Shown piece by piece: positions 63,470-64,000 of a stretch of DNA of 64,000 nucleotides. The translations under genes were made by a program, and so were the position numbers. The notes beneath the pieces are model-generated. The model was not told the DNA's origin, did not search any database, and was given only the letters and a program-made list of their open reading frames with translations. The stretch lies in the NCBI GenBank assembly GCA_017654855.1, contig CM030335.1:3720001-3784000 (forward strand). Reading direction: 5' to 3'. This stretch comes from Podospora anserina (lineage: Eukaryota). The stretch's first letter is position 1. Every line of letters begins with the position of its first letter.

Positions 63470-64000
63470 TTCCTAGGTACCTGGTCGCTTGGCGGAACTC
63501 GGCTTTGGGGGTTTTCGACAACGGCTTTTGTCTTTATATTCACGATACGTCTGGTTTCTTTTCGGTTGTGTACCTTATAGGGCGATAGGATTTTGGCTTG
63601 TATTTGGTCTTTGCCATAGTACCTATGCCTTGCTTGTTTGTCTAGGTATTCTACCTTTCGGTGGTGTACGTCTGTTGGAATCTTAACCTTTTCGCTGCGA
63701 AGTGAACAACCCCACGAAGTGGAAACTGCCGGTTACCTTATCATGCCAGGCTGTCCATTTGCGGATGGGTAAAAGCAAGTTGTTAATTACCGCCTACCAC
63801 GGCTCATCTCCCGGCCCTTCACAATCAAGGTAGTAGTGCTCAATATCATGAGATTCTATCTCAGTGTCACCCTGTGCTGTAACTTGACGTCAGATTCAAC
63901 ATAGCGTCAAATTTATAAACCACCTTCAATATGTACCAGACTTCCTTTTGCCGCGTTCAGCTGTTTGAGTATATAGGGATGCCGTGTGTTGTGATACTGC

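Overview
Eukaryotic DNA from a filamentous ascomycete. Short GT-AG introns with CTRAC branch sites, TAGG-type intergenic repeats and the gene content suggest Sordariales, Podospora-like (inference). The centre is an intact 9-exon NRPS of about 8,028 aa (minus strand, 12174-37035) with domain order C*-A-T-E-C-A-T-C-A-T-E-C-A-T-C-A-T-E-C-T-C-T0. This is an NPS4/fusahexin-synthetase-like layout predicting an alternating D/L cyclic peptide, and the gene is divergently paired with an ABCC exporter. To its left lie a PAN-domain membrane protein, a disabled HeLo-like/NACHT/ankyrin NLR, a Gfo/Idh/MocA oxidoreductase, a cerato-platanin-like secreted protein and two decayed enzyme relics (BBE-like oxidase, acyltransferase). 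To its right lie a dienelactone hydrolase, a disabled membrane-protein gene with an 18-bp coding VNTR, a LaeA-like methyltransferase and a CYP65-like P450. The window ends with a four-gene block: P450, FAD monooxygenase, aldehyde dehydrogenase and hydroxybenzoate-decarboxylase-type amidohydrolase. All of its promoters carry TGCGGGG CreA-type sites, which suggests an aromatic-catabolism cluster. All calls come from manual motif recognition; no database searches were run.
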